DNA of 64,000 nucleotides. Source: Eledone cirrhosa (taxonomy: Eukaryota). Positions 1 to 12,481 of this stretch are shown one piece after another. The DNA lies in contig OZ024750.1 in NCBI GenBank assembly GCA_964016885.1, positions 41,664,001-41,728,000 on the forward strand, given 5' to 3'. Both the position numbers and the translations under genes were made by a program. Below the pieces are notes generated by a model. It ran no database searches. It saw only the letters and a program-made list of their open reading frames with translations, and was not told where the DNA came from. Positions within the stretch are counted from its first letter, which is position 1, and each line of letters begins with the position of its first letter.

Positions 1-3000
1 GTCTAGGTGGTATATCTCAGCTGTGGTAGGGAGTAACACACTCTACACCCCAGTGTAGGTGGTATATCTCAGCTGTGGTAGGGAGTGGCAGAATCTACAC
101 CCCAGTCTAGGTGGTATATCTCAGCTGTGGTAGGGAGTGACAGACTCTACACCCCAGTCTAGAGGGTATATCTCAGCTGTGGTAGGGAGTGACAGACTCT
201 ACACCCCAGTCTAGGTGGTATATCTCAGCTGTGGTAGGGAGTGACAGATTCTACACCAAAGTCTAGGTGGTATATCTCAGCTGTGGTAGGGAGTGACAGG
301 CTCTACACCCCAGTCTAGGTGGTTTATCTCAGCTGTGGTAGGGAGTAACAGACTCTACACCCCAGTGTAGGTGGTATATCTCAGCTGTGGTAGGGATTGG
401 CAGACTCTACACCCCAGTCTAGGTGGTATATCTCAGCTGTGGCAGGGAGTGACAGACTCTACACCCCAGTCTAGGTGGTATATCTCAGCTGGGAGTGACG
501 ACTCTTCACCCCAGTCTAGGTGGTATATCTCAGCTGTGGCAGGGAGTGACAGACTCTACACCCCAGTCTAGGTGGTATATCTCAGCTGTGGCAGGGAGTG
601 ACAGACTCTACACCCCAGTCTAGGTGGTATATCTCAGCTGTGGTGGGTGAGTGACAGACTCTACACCCCAGTCTAGGTGGTATATCTCAGCTGTGGCAGG
701 GAGTGACAGACTCTACACCCCAGTCTAGGTGGTATATCTCAGCTGTGGTAGGGAGTGATAGACTCTACACCCCAGTCTAGGTGGTATATCTCAGCTGTGG
801 CAGGGAGTGACAGACTATACACCCCAGTGTAGGTGGTATATCTCAGCTGTGGTGGGGAGTGACAGACTCTACACCCCAGTCTAGGTGGTATATCTCAGCT
901 GTGGCAGGGAGTGACAGATTTTACACCGCAGTCTAGGTGGTATATCTCAGCTGGGAGTGACGACTCTGCACCCCAGTCTAGGTGGTATATCTCAGCTGTG
1001 GCAGGGAGTGACAGATTCTACACCGCAGTCTAGGTGGTATATCTCAGCTGGGAGTGATGACTCTGCACCCCAGTCTAGGTGGTATATCTCAGCTGTGGCA
1101 GGAAGTGACAGACTCTACACCCCAGTCTAGGTGGTATATCTCAGCTGTGGAGGGGACTGACAGACTCTACACCCCAGTCTAGGTGGTATATCTCAGCTGG
1201 GAATGACAGACTCTACACCCCAGTCTAGGTGGTATATCTCAGCTGTGGCAGGGAGTGACAGACTCTACACCCCAGTCTAGGTGGTATATCTCAGCTGTGG
1301 TAGGGAGTAACAGACTCTACACCCCAGTCTAGAGGGTATATCTCAGCTGTGGTAGGGAGTGACAGACTCTACACTCCAGTCTAGGTGGTATATCTCAGCA
1401 GTGGTAGGGAGTGACAGACTCTACACCCCAGTCTAGTTGGTATATCTCAGTTGTGGTAGGGAGTGACAGATTCTACACCACAGTCTAGAGGGTATATCTC
1501 AGCTGTGGTAGGGAGTGGCAGACTCTACACCCCAGTCTAGGTGGTATATCTCAGCTGTGGTAGGGAGTGACAGACTCTACACCCCAGTCTAGGTGGTATA
1601 TCTCAGCTGTGGTATGGAGTGACAGACTCCACACCCCAGTCTAGGTGGTATATCTCAGCTGGGAGTGACAGACTCTACACCCCAGTCTAGAGGGTATATC
1701 TCAGCTGTAGTAAGGCGTGACAGACTCTACACCCCAGTCTAGGTGGTATATCTCAGCTGTGGTAGGGAGTGGCAGACTCTACACCCCAGTCAAGGTGGTA
1801 TATCTCAGCTGTGGTAGGGAGTGACAGACTCTACACCCCAGCCTAGGTGATATACCTCAGCTGTTGTAGAGAGTGACAGACTACACACCCCAGTCTAGGT
1901 GGTATATCTCAGCTGTGGTAGGGAGTGACAGACTCTACACCCCAGTCTAGGTGGTATATCTCAGCTGTGGCAGGGAGTGACAGACTCTGCACCCCAGTCT
2001 AGGTGGTATATCTCAGCTGTGGTAGGAAGTGACAGACTCTACACCCCAGTCTAGGTGGTATATCTCAGCTGTGGTAGGGAGTGACAGACTCTACACCCCA
2101 GTCTTGGTGGTATATCTCAGCTGTGGTGGGGAGTGACAGACTCTACACCCCAGTCTAGGTGGTATATCTCAGCTGTGGTAGGGAGAGGTAGACTCTACAC
2201 CCCAGTCTAGGTGGCATATCTCAGCTGTGGTGGGGACTGACAGACTCTAAACCCCAGTCTAGCTGGTATATCTCAGCTGTTGTAGGGAGTGACAGACTCT
2301 ACACCCCAGTCCAGGTGGTATATTTCAGCTGTGGTAAGGAGTGACAGACTCTACACCCTGGTCTAGGTGGTATATCTCAGCTGTGGTGGGGAGTGACAGA
2401 CTCTACACCCCAGTCTAGGTGGTATAACTCAGCTGGGAGTGACAGACTCTACACCCCAGTCTAAATGGTATATCTCAGCTGTGGTAGGCACTGAAAGACT
2501 CTACACCCCAGTCTAGGTGGTATATGTCAGCTGTGGTAGGGAGTAACAGACTCTACACCCCAGTCTAGGTGGTATAACTCAGCTGGGAGATACAGACTCT
2601 ACACCCCAGTCTAAATGGTATATCTCAGCTGTGGTAGGCACTGAAAGACTCTACACCCCAGTCTAGGTGGTATATCTCAGTTGTGGTAGGGAGTGACAGA
2701 TTCTACACCACTGTCTAGAGGGTATATCTCAGCTGTGGTAGGGATTGGCAGACTCTACACCCCAGTCTAGATGGTATATCTCAGCTGTGGTAGGGAGTGA
2801 CAGACTCTACACCCCTGTCTAGGCGGTATATCTCAGCTGTGGTAGGGAGTGACAGACTCCACACCCCAGTCTAGCTGGTATATCTCAGCTGGGAGTCACA
2901 GACTCTACACCCCAGTCTAGAGGGTATATCTCAGCTGCGGTAAGGAGTGACAGACTCTACACCCCAGTCTAGGTGGTATATCTCAGCTGTGGTAGGGAGT

Positions 3001-6000
3001 GGCAGACTCTACACCCCAGTCTAGGTGGTATATCTCAGCTCTGATAGGGAGTGACAGACTCTACACCCCAGTCTAGGTGGTATATCTCAGCTGTGGCAGG
3101 GAGTGACAGGCTCTACACCCCAGTCTAGGTGGTATATCTCAGCTGTGGTAGGGAGTAACAGACTCTACACCCCAGTGTAGGTGGTATATCTCAGCTGTGG
3201 TAGGGAGTGGCAGACTCTACACCCCAGTCTAGGTGGTATATCTCAGCTGTGGTAGGGAGTGACAGACTCTACACCCCAGTCTAGAGGGTATATCTCAGCT
3301 GTGGTAGGGAGTGACAGACTCTACACCCCAGTCTAGGTGGTATATCTCAGCTGTGGTAGGGAGTGACAGACTCTACACCCCAGTCTAGTTGGTATATCTC
3401 AGTTGTGGTAGGGAGTGACAGATTCTACACCACAGTCTAGAGGGTATATCTCAGCTGTGGTAGGGAGTGGCAGACTCTACACCCCAGTCTAGGTGGTATA
3501 TCTCAGCTGTGGTAGGGAGTGACAGACTCTACACCCCAGTCTAGGTGGTATATCTCAGCTGTGGTAGGGATTGGCAGACACTACACCCCAGTCTAGAGGG
3601 TATATCTCAGCTGTGGTAAGGAGTGACAGACTCTACATCCCAGTCTAGGTGGTATATCTCAGCTGTGGTAGGGAGTGGCAGACTCTACACCCCAGTCAAG
3701 GTGGTATATCTCAGCTGTGGTAGGGAGTGACAGACTCTACACCCCAGTCTAGGTGGTATATCTCAGCTGTGGTAGGGAGTGACAGACTCTACACCCCAGT
3801 CTAGGTGGTATATCTCAGCTGTGGTAGGGAGTGACAGATTCTACACCGCAGTCTAGGTGGTATATCTCAGCTGGGAGTGACGACTCTGCACCCCAGTCTA
3901 GGTGGTATATCTCAGCTGTGGTAGGGAGTGACAGACTATACACCCCAGTCTAGGTGGTATATCTCAGCTGTGGTGGGGAGTGACAGACTCTACACCCCAG
4001 TCTAGGTGGTATATCTCAGCTGTGGTAGGGAGTGACAGACTATACACCCCAGTCCAGGTGGTATATCTCAGCTGTGGTAAGGAGTGACAGACTCTGCACC
4101 CCAGTCTAGGTGGTATATCTCAGCTGTGGTAGGGAGTGACAGACTCTACACCCCAGTCTAGGTGGTATATCTCAGCTGGGAGTGACAGACTCTACACCCC
4201 AGTCTAGAGGGTATATCTCAGCTGTGGTGGGGAGTGACAGACTCTACACCCCAGTCTAGGTGGTATGTCTCATCTGTGGCAGGGAATGACAGACTCTACA
4301 CCCCAGTCTAGATGGTATATCTCAGCTGTGGTAGGCACTGACAGGCTCTACACCCCACTCTAGGTGGTATATCTCAGCTGGGAGTGACAGACTCTACACC
4401 CCAGTCTAGGTGGTATATCTACACTGTGGTAGGGAGTGACAGACTCTACACCCCAGTCTAGGTGGTATATCTCAGCTGTGGTAGGGAGTAACACACTCTA
4501 CACCCCAGTGTAGGTGGTATATCTCAGCTGTGGTAGGGAGTGGCAGAATCTACACCCCAGTCTAGGTGGTATATCTCAGCTGTGGTAGGGAGTGACAGAC
4601 TCTACACCCCAGTCTAGAGGGTATATCTCAGCTGTGGTAGGGAGTGACAGACTCTACACCCCAGTCTAGGTGGTATATCTCAGCTGTGGTAGGGAGTGAC
4701 AGATTCTACACCAAAGTCTAGGTGGTATATCTCAGCTGTGGTAGGGAGTGACAGGCTCTACACCCCAGTCTAGGTGGTTTATCTCAGCTGTGGTAGGGAG
4801 TAACAGACTCTACACCACAGTGTAGGTGGTATATCTCAGCTGTGGTAGGGAGTGGCAGACTCTACACCCCAGTCTAGGTGGTATATCTCAGCTGTGGCAG
4901 GGAGTGAAAGACTCTACACCCCAGTCTAGGTGGTATATCTCAGCTGGGAGTGACGACTCTTCACCCCAGTCTAGGTGGTATATCTCAGCTGTGGCAGGGA
5001 GTGACAGACTCTACACCCCAGTCTAGGTGGTATATCTCAGCTGTGGCAGGGAGTGACAGACTCTACACCCCAGTCTAGGTGGTATATCTCAGCTGTGGTG
5101 GGGAGTGACAGACTCTACACCCCAGTCTAGGTGGTATATCTCAGCTGTGGCAGGGAGTGACAGACTCTACACCCCAGTCTAGGTGGTATATCTCAGCTGT
5201 GGTGGGGAGTGACAGACTCTACACCCCAGTCTAGGTGGTATATCTCAGCTGTGGCAGGGAGTGACAGATTCTACACCGCAGTCTAGGTGGTATATCTCAG
5301 CTGGGAGTGACGACTCTGCACCCCAGTCTAGGTGGTATATCTCAGTTGTGGCAGGGAGTGACAGATTCTACACCGCAGTCTAGGTGGTATATCTCAGCTG
5401 GGAGTGACGACTCTGCACCCCAGTCTAGGTGGTATATCTCAGCTGTGGCAGGGAGTGACAGACTCTACACCCCAGTCTAGGTGGTATATCTCAGCTGTGG
5501 AGGGGACTGACAGACTCTACACCCCAGTCTAGGTGGTATATCTCAGCTGGGAATGACAGACTCTACACCCCAGTCTAGGTGGTATATCTCAGCTGTGGCA
5601 GGGAGTGACAGACTCTACACCCCAGTCTAGGTGGTATATCTCAGCTGTGGAGGGGACTGACAGACTCTACACCCCAGTCTAGGTGGTATATCTCAGTTGT
5701 GGTAGGGAGTGACAGACTCTACACCCCAGTCCAGGTGGTATATCTCCACTGTGGTAGGGAGTGACAGACTCTACACCCCAGTCCAGGTGGAATATCTCCA
5801 CTGTGGTAGGGAGTGACAGACTCTACACCCCAGTCTAGGTGGTATATCTCAGCTGTGGTAGGGAGTAACAGACTCTACACCCCAGTCTAGAGGGTATATC
5901 TCAGCTGTGGTAGGGAGTGACAGACTCTACACTCCAGTCTAGGTGGTATATCTCAGCTGTGGTAGGGAGTGACAGACTCTACACCCCAGTCTAGTTGGTA

Positions 6001-7700
6001 TATCTCAGTTGTGGTAGGGAGTGACAGATTCTACACCACAGTCTAGAGGGTATATCTCAGCTGTGGTAGGGAGTGGCAGACTCTACACCCCAGTCTAGGT
6101 GGTATATCTCAGCTGTGGTAGGGAGTGACAGACTCTACACCCCAGTCTAGGTGGTATATCTCAGCTGTGGTATGGAGTGACAGACTCCACACCCCAGTCT
6201 AGGTGGTATATCTCAGCTGGGAGTGACAGACTCTACACCCCAGTCTAGAGGGTATATCTCAGCTGTGGTAAGGCGTGACAGACTCTACACCCCAGTCTAG
6301 GTGGTATATCTCAGCTGTGGTAGGGAGTGGCAGACTCTACACCCCAGTCAAGGTGGTATATCTCAGCTGTGGTAGGGAGTGACAGACTCTACACCCCAGC
6401 CTAGGTGATATACCTCAGCTGTGGTAGAGAGTGACAGACTACACACCCCAGTCTAGGTGGTATATCTCAGATGTGGTAGGGAGTGACAGACTCTACACCC
6501 CAGTCTAGGTGGTATATCTCAGCTGTGGTAGGAAGTGACAGACTCTACACCCCAGTCTAGGTGGTATATCTCAGCTGTGGTAGGGAGTGACAGACTCTAC
6601 ACCCCAGTCTTGGTGGTATATCTCAGCTGTGGTGGGGAGTGACAGACTCTACACCCCAGTCTAGGTGGTATATCTCAGCTGTGGTAGGGAGAGGTAGACT
6701 CTACACCCCAGTCTAGGTGGCATATCTCAGCTGTGGTGGGGACTGACAGACTCTAAACCCCAGTCTAGCTGGTATATCTCAGCTGTGGTAGGGAGTGACA
6801 GACTCTACACCCCAGTCCAGGTGGTATATTTCAGCTGTGGTAAGGAGTGACAGACTCTACACCCTGGTCTAGGTGGTATATCTCAGCTGTGGTGGGGAGT
6901 GACAGACTCTACACCCCAGTCTAGGTGGTATAACTCAGCTGGGAGTGACAGACTCTACACCCCAGTCTAAATGGTATATCTCAGCTGTGGTAGGCACTGA
7001 AAGACTCTACACCCCAGTCTAGGTGGTATATATCAGCTGTGGTAGGGAGTAACAGACTCTACACCCCAGTCTAGGTGGTATAACTCAGCTGGGAGTGACA
7101 GACTCTACACCCCAGTCTAAATGGTATATCTCAGCTGTGGGAGGCACTGAAAGACTCTACACCCCAGTCTAGGTGGTATATCTCAGTTGTGGTAGGGAGT
7201 GACAGATTCTACACCACTGTCTAGAGGGTATATCTCAGCTGTGGTAGGGACTGGCAGACTCTACACCCCAGTCTAGATGGTATATCTCAGCTGTGGTAGG
7301 GAGTGACAGACTCTACACCCCTGTCTAGGCGGTATATCTCAGCTGTGGTAGGGAGTGACAGACTCCACACCCCAGTCTAGGTGGTATATCTCAGCTGTGG
7401 TAGGAAGTGACAGACTCTACACCCCAGTCTAGGTGGTATATCTCAGCTGTGGTAGGGAGTGACAGACTCTACACCCCAGTCTAGGTGGTATATCTCAGCT
7501 GGGAGTCACAGACTCTACACCCCAGTCTAGAGGGTATATCTCAGCTGCGGTAAGGAGTGACAGACTCTACACCCCAGTCTAGGTGGTATATCTCAGCTGT
7601 GGTAGGGAGTGGCAGACTCTACACCCCAGTCTAGGTGGTATATCTCAGCTCTGATAGGGAGTGACAGACTCTACACCCCAGTCTAGGTGGTATATCTCAG
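1..7700. repeat. Higher-order duplication: about 1-3085 repeated at about 4456-7700
   Basis: Rare variants recur in the same order: GAGTAACACA 31/4486 (offset 4455), CAGAATCTAC, CACCAAAG, GACTCTTCAC, GCCTAGGTGATATACC 1841/6399 (4558), CTGATAGG 3041/7651 (4610). ORF-track twins at 371/4826. Offsets shift mostly by whole monomers. Confidence 0.9.
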
Positions 7701-10700
7701 CTGTGGTAGGGAGTGACAGACTCTACACCCCAGTCCAGGTGGTATATCTCAGCTGTGGTAAGGAGTGACAGACTCTACACCCCAGTCTAGGTGGTATATC
7801 TCAGCTGTGACAGGGAGTGATAGACTCTACACCCCAGTCTAGGTGGTATATCTCAGCTGTGGTGGGGAATGACAGACTCTACACCCCAGTCTAGGTGGTA
7901 TATCTCAGCTGTGGCAGGGAGTGACAGACTCTACACCCCAGTCTAGGTGGTATATATCAGCTGTGATAGGGAGTGACAGACTCTACACCCCAGTCTAGGT
8001 GGTATATCTCAGCTGTGGTAGGGAGTGAAAGACTCTACACCCCAGTCTAGAGGGTGTATCTCAGCTGTGGTAGGGAGTGACAGACTCTACACTCCAGTCT
8101 AGGTGGTATATCTCAGCTGTGGTAGGGAGTGACAGACTCTACACCCCAGTCTAGTTGGTATATCTCAGTTGTGGTAGGGAGTGACAGATTCTACACCACA
8201 GTCTAGAGGGTATATCTCAGCTGTGGTAGGGAGTGGCAGACTCTACACCCCAGTCTAGGTGGTATATCTCAGCTGTGGTAGGGAGTGACAGACTCTACAC
8301 CCCAGTCTAGGTGGTATATCTCAGCTGTGGTAGGGAGTGACAGACTCCACACCCCAGTCGAGGTGGTATATCTCAGCTGTGGTAGGGATTGGCAGACTCT
8401 ACACCCCAGTCTAGAGGGTATATCTCAGCTGTGGTAAGGCGTGACAGACTCTACACCCCAGTCTAGGTGGTATATCTCAGCTGTGGTAGGGAGTGGCAGA
8501 CTCTACACCCCAGTCAAGGTGGTATATCTCAGCTGTGGTAGGGAATGACAGACTCTACACCCCAGTCAAGGTGGTATATCTCAGCTGTGGTAGGGAGTGA
8601 CAGACTCTACACCCCAGTCTAGGTGGTATATCTCAGCTGTGGTAGGGAGTGACAGACTCTACACCCCAGTCTAGGTGGTATATCTCAGCTGTGGTAGGGA
8701 GTGGCAGATTCTACACCCCAGTCAAGGTGGTATATCTCAGCTGTGGTAGGGAGTGACAGACTCTACACTCCAGTCTAGGTGGTATATCTCAGCTGTGGTA
8801 GGGAGTGACAGACTCTACACTCCAGTCCAGGTGGTATATCTCAGCTGTGGTAAGGAGTGACAGATTCTACACCACAGTCTAGAGGGTATATCTCAGCTGT
8901 GGTAGGGAGTGACAGACTCTACACCCCAGTCTAGGTGGTATATCTCATCATTGGTAGGGAGTGACAGACTCTACACCCCAGTCTAGGTGGTATATCTCAG
9001 CTGTGGTAGGGAGTGACAGACTCCACACCCCAGTCTAGGTGGTATATCTCAGCTGTGGTAGTGATTGGCAGACTCTACACCCCAGTCTAGAAGGTATATC
9101 TCAGCTGTGGTAAGGAGTGACAGACTCTACATCCCAGTCTAGGTGGTATATCTCAGCTGTGGTAGGGAGTGGCAGACTCTACACCCCAGTCAAGGTGGTA
9201 TATCTCAGCTGTGGTAGGGAGTGACAGACTCTACACCCCAGTCTAGGTGGTATATCTCAGCTGTGGTAGGGAGTGACAGATTCTACACCCCAGTCTAGGT
9301 GGTATATCTCAGCTGGGAGTGACGACTCTGCACCCCAGTCTAGGTGGTATATCTCAGCTGTGGCAGGGAGTGACAGACTATACACCCCAGTCTAGGTGTT
9401 ATATCTCAGCTGTGGTGGGGAGTGACAGACTCTACACCCCAGTCTAGGTGGTATATCTCATCTGTGGCAGGGAGTGACAGACTCTACACCCCAGTCTAGG
9501 TGGTATATCTCAGCTGGGAGTGACAGACTCTACACCCCAGTCTAGGTGGTATATCTCAGCTGTGGCAGGGAGTGACAGACTCTACACCCCAGTCTAGGTG
9601 GTATATCTCAGCTGTGGAGGGGACTGACAGACTCTACACCCCAGTCTAGATGGTATATCTCAGTTGTGGTAGCGAGTGACAGACTCTACACCCCAGTCCA
9701 GGTGGTATATCTCCACTGTGGTAGGGAGTGACAGACTCTACACCCCAGTCCAGGTGGAATATCTCCACTGTGGTAGGGAGTGACAGACTCTACACCCCAG
9801 TCTAGGTGGTATATCTCAGCTGTGGTAGGGAGTAACAGACTCTACACCCCAGTGTAGGTGGTATATCTCAATTGTGGTAGGGAGTGACAGATTCTACACC
9901 ACAGTCTAGAGGGTATATCTCAGCTGTGGTAGGGAGTGGCAGACTCTACACCCCAGTCTAGGTGGTATATCTCAGCTGTGGTAGGGAGTGACAGACTCTA
10001 CACCCCAGTCTAGAGGGTATATCTCAGCTGTGGTACGGAGTGACAGAATCTACACTCCAGTCTAGGTGGTATATCTCAGCTGTGGTAGGGAGTGACAGAC
10101 TCTACACCCCAGTGTAGTTGGTATATCTCAATTGTGGTAGGGAGTGACAGATTCTACACCACAGTCTAGAGGGTATATCTCAGCTGTGGTAGGGAGTGGC
10201 AGACTCTACACCCCAGTCTAGGTGGTATATGTCAGCTGTGGTAGGGAGTGACAGACTCTACACCCCAGTCTAGGTGGTATATCTCAGCTGTGGTATGGAG
10301 TGACAGACTCCACACCCCAGTCTAGGTGGTATATCTCAGCTGGGAGTGACAGACTCTACACCCCAGTCTAGAGGGTATATCTCAGCTGAGGTAAGGAGTG
10401 ACAGACTCTACACCCCAGTCTAGGTGGTATATCTCAGCTGTGGTAGGGAGTGGCAGACTCTACACCCCAGTCAAGGTGGTATATCTCAGCTGTGGTAGGG
10501 AGTGACAGACTCTACACCCCAGTCTAGGTGATATACCTCAGCTGTGGTAGAGAGTGACAGACTCCACACCCCAGTCTAGGTGGTATATCTCAGCTGTGGT
10601 AGGGAGTGACAGACTCTACACCCCAGTCTAGGTGGTATATCTCAGCTGTGGCAGGGAGTGACAGACTCTGCACCCCAGTCTAGGTGGTATATCTCAGCTG

Positions 10701-12481
10701 TGGTAGGGAGTGACAGACTCTACACCCCAGTCTTGGTGGTATATCTTAGCTGTGGTGGGGAGTGACAGACTCTACACCCCAGTCTAGGTGGTATATCTCA
10801 GCTGTGGTAGGGAGAGGTAGACTCTACACCCCAGTCTAGGTGGTATATCTCAGCTGTGGTGGGGACTGACAGACTCTAAACCCCAGTCTAGCTGGTATAT
10901 CTCAGCTGTGGTAGGGAGTGACAGACTCTACACCCCAGTCCAGGTGGTATATTTCAGCTGTGGTAAGGAGTGACAGACTCTACACCCAGGTCTAGGTGGT
11001 ATATCTCAGCTGTGGTGGGGAGTGACAGACTCTACACCCCAGTCTAGGTGGTATAACTCAGCTGGGAGTGACAGACTCTACACCCCAGTCTAAATGGTAT
11101 ATCTCAGCTGTGGTAGGCACTGAAAGACTCTACACCCCAGTCTAGGTGGTATATCTCAGCTGTGGTAGGGAGTAACAGATTCTACACCCCAGTCTAGATG
11201 GTATAACTCAGCTGGGAGTGACAGACTCTACACCCCAGTCTAATTGGTATATCTCAGCTGTGGTAGGCACTGAAAGACTCTACACCCCAGTCTAGGTGGT
11301 ATATCTCAGTTGTGGTAGGGAGTGACAGATTCTACACCACTGTCTAGTGGGTATATCTCAGCTGTGGTAGGGATTGGCAGACTCTACACCCCAGTCTAGG
11401 TGGTATATCTCAGCTGTGGTAGGGAGTGACAGACTTTACACCCCAGTCTAGGTGGTATATCTCAGCTGTGGTAGGGAGTGACAGACTCCACACCCCAGTC
11501 TAGCTGGTATATCTCAGCTGGGAGTCACAGACTCTACACCCCAGTCTAGAGGGTATATCTCAGATGTGGTAAGGAGTGACAGACTCTACACCCCAGTCTA
11601 GGTGGTATATCTCAGCTGTGGTAGGGAGTGGCAGACTCTACACCCCAGTCTAGGTGGTATATCTCAGCTCTGATAGGGAGTGACAGACTCTACACCCCAG
11701 TCTAGGTGGTATATCGCAGCTGGGAGTGACAGACTCTACACCCCAGTCCAGGTGTATATCTCAGCTGTGGTAAGGAGTGACAAACTCTACACCCCAGTCT
11801 AGGGGGTATGTCTCAGCTGTGACAGGGAGTGATAGACTCTACACCCCAGTCAGAGGTGGTATATCTCAGCTGTGGTGGGGAATGACAGACTCTACACCCC
11901 AGTCTAGGTGGTATATCTCAGCTGTGGCAGGGAGTGACAGACTCTACACCCCAGTCTAGTTGGTATATCTCAGTTGTGGTAGGGAGTGACAGATTCTACA
12001 CCACAGTCTAGAGGGTATATCTCAGCTGTGGTAGGGAGTGGCAGACTCTACACCCCAGTCTAGGTGGTATATCTCAGCTGTGGTAGGGAGTGACAGACTC
12101 TACACCCCAGTCTAGTTGGTATATCTCAGCTGTGGTAGGGAGTGACAGACTCCACACCCCAGTCTAGGTGGTATATCTCAGCTGTGGCAGGGATTGGCAG
12201 ACTCTACACCCCAGTCTAGAGGGTATATCTCAGCTGTGGTAAGGAGTGACAGACTCTACACCCCAGTCTAGGTGGTATATCTCAACTGTGGTAGGGAGTG
12301 GCAGACTCTACACCCCAGTCAAGGTGGTATATCTCAGCTGTGGTAGGGAGTGACAGACTCTACACCCCAGTCTAGGTGGTATATCTCAGCTGTGGTAGGG
12401 AGTGACAGACTCTACACCCCAGTCTAGGTGGTATATCTCAGCTGTGGTAGGGAGTGACAGACTCTACACCCCAGTCTAGGT

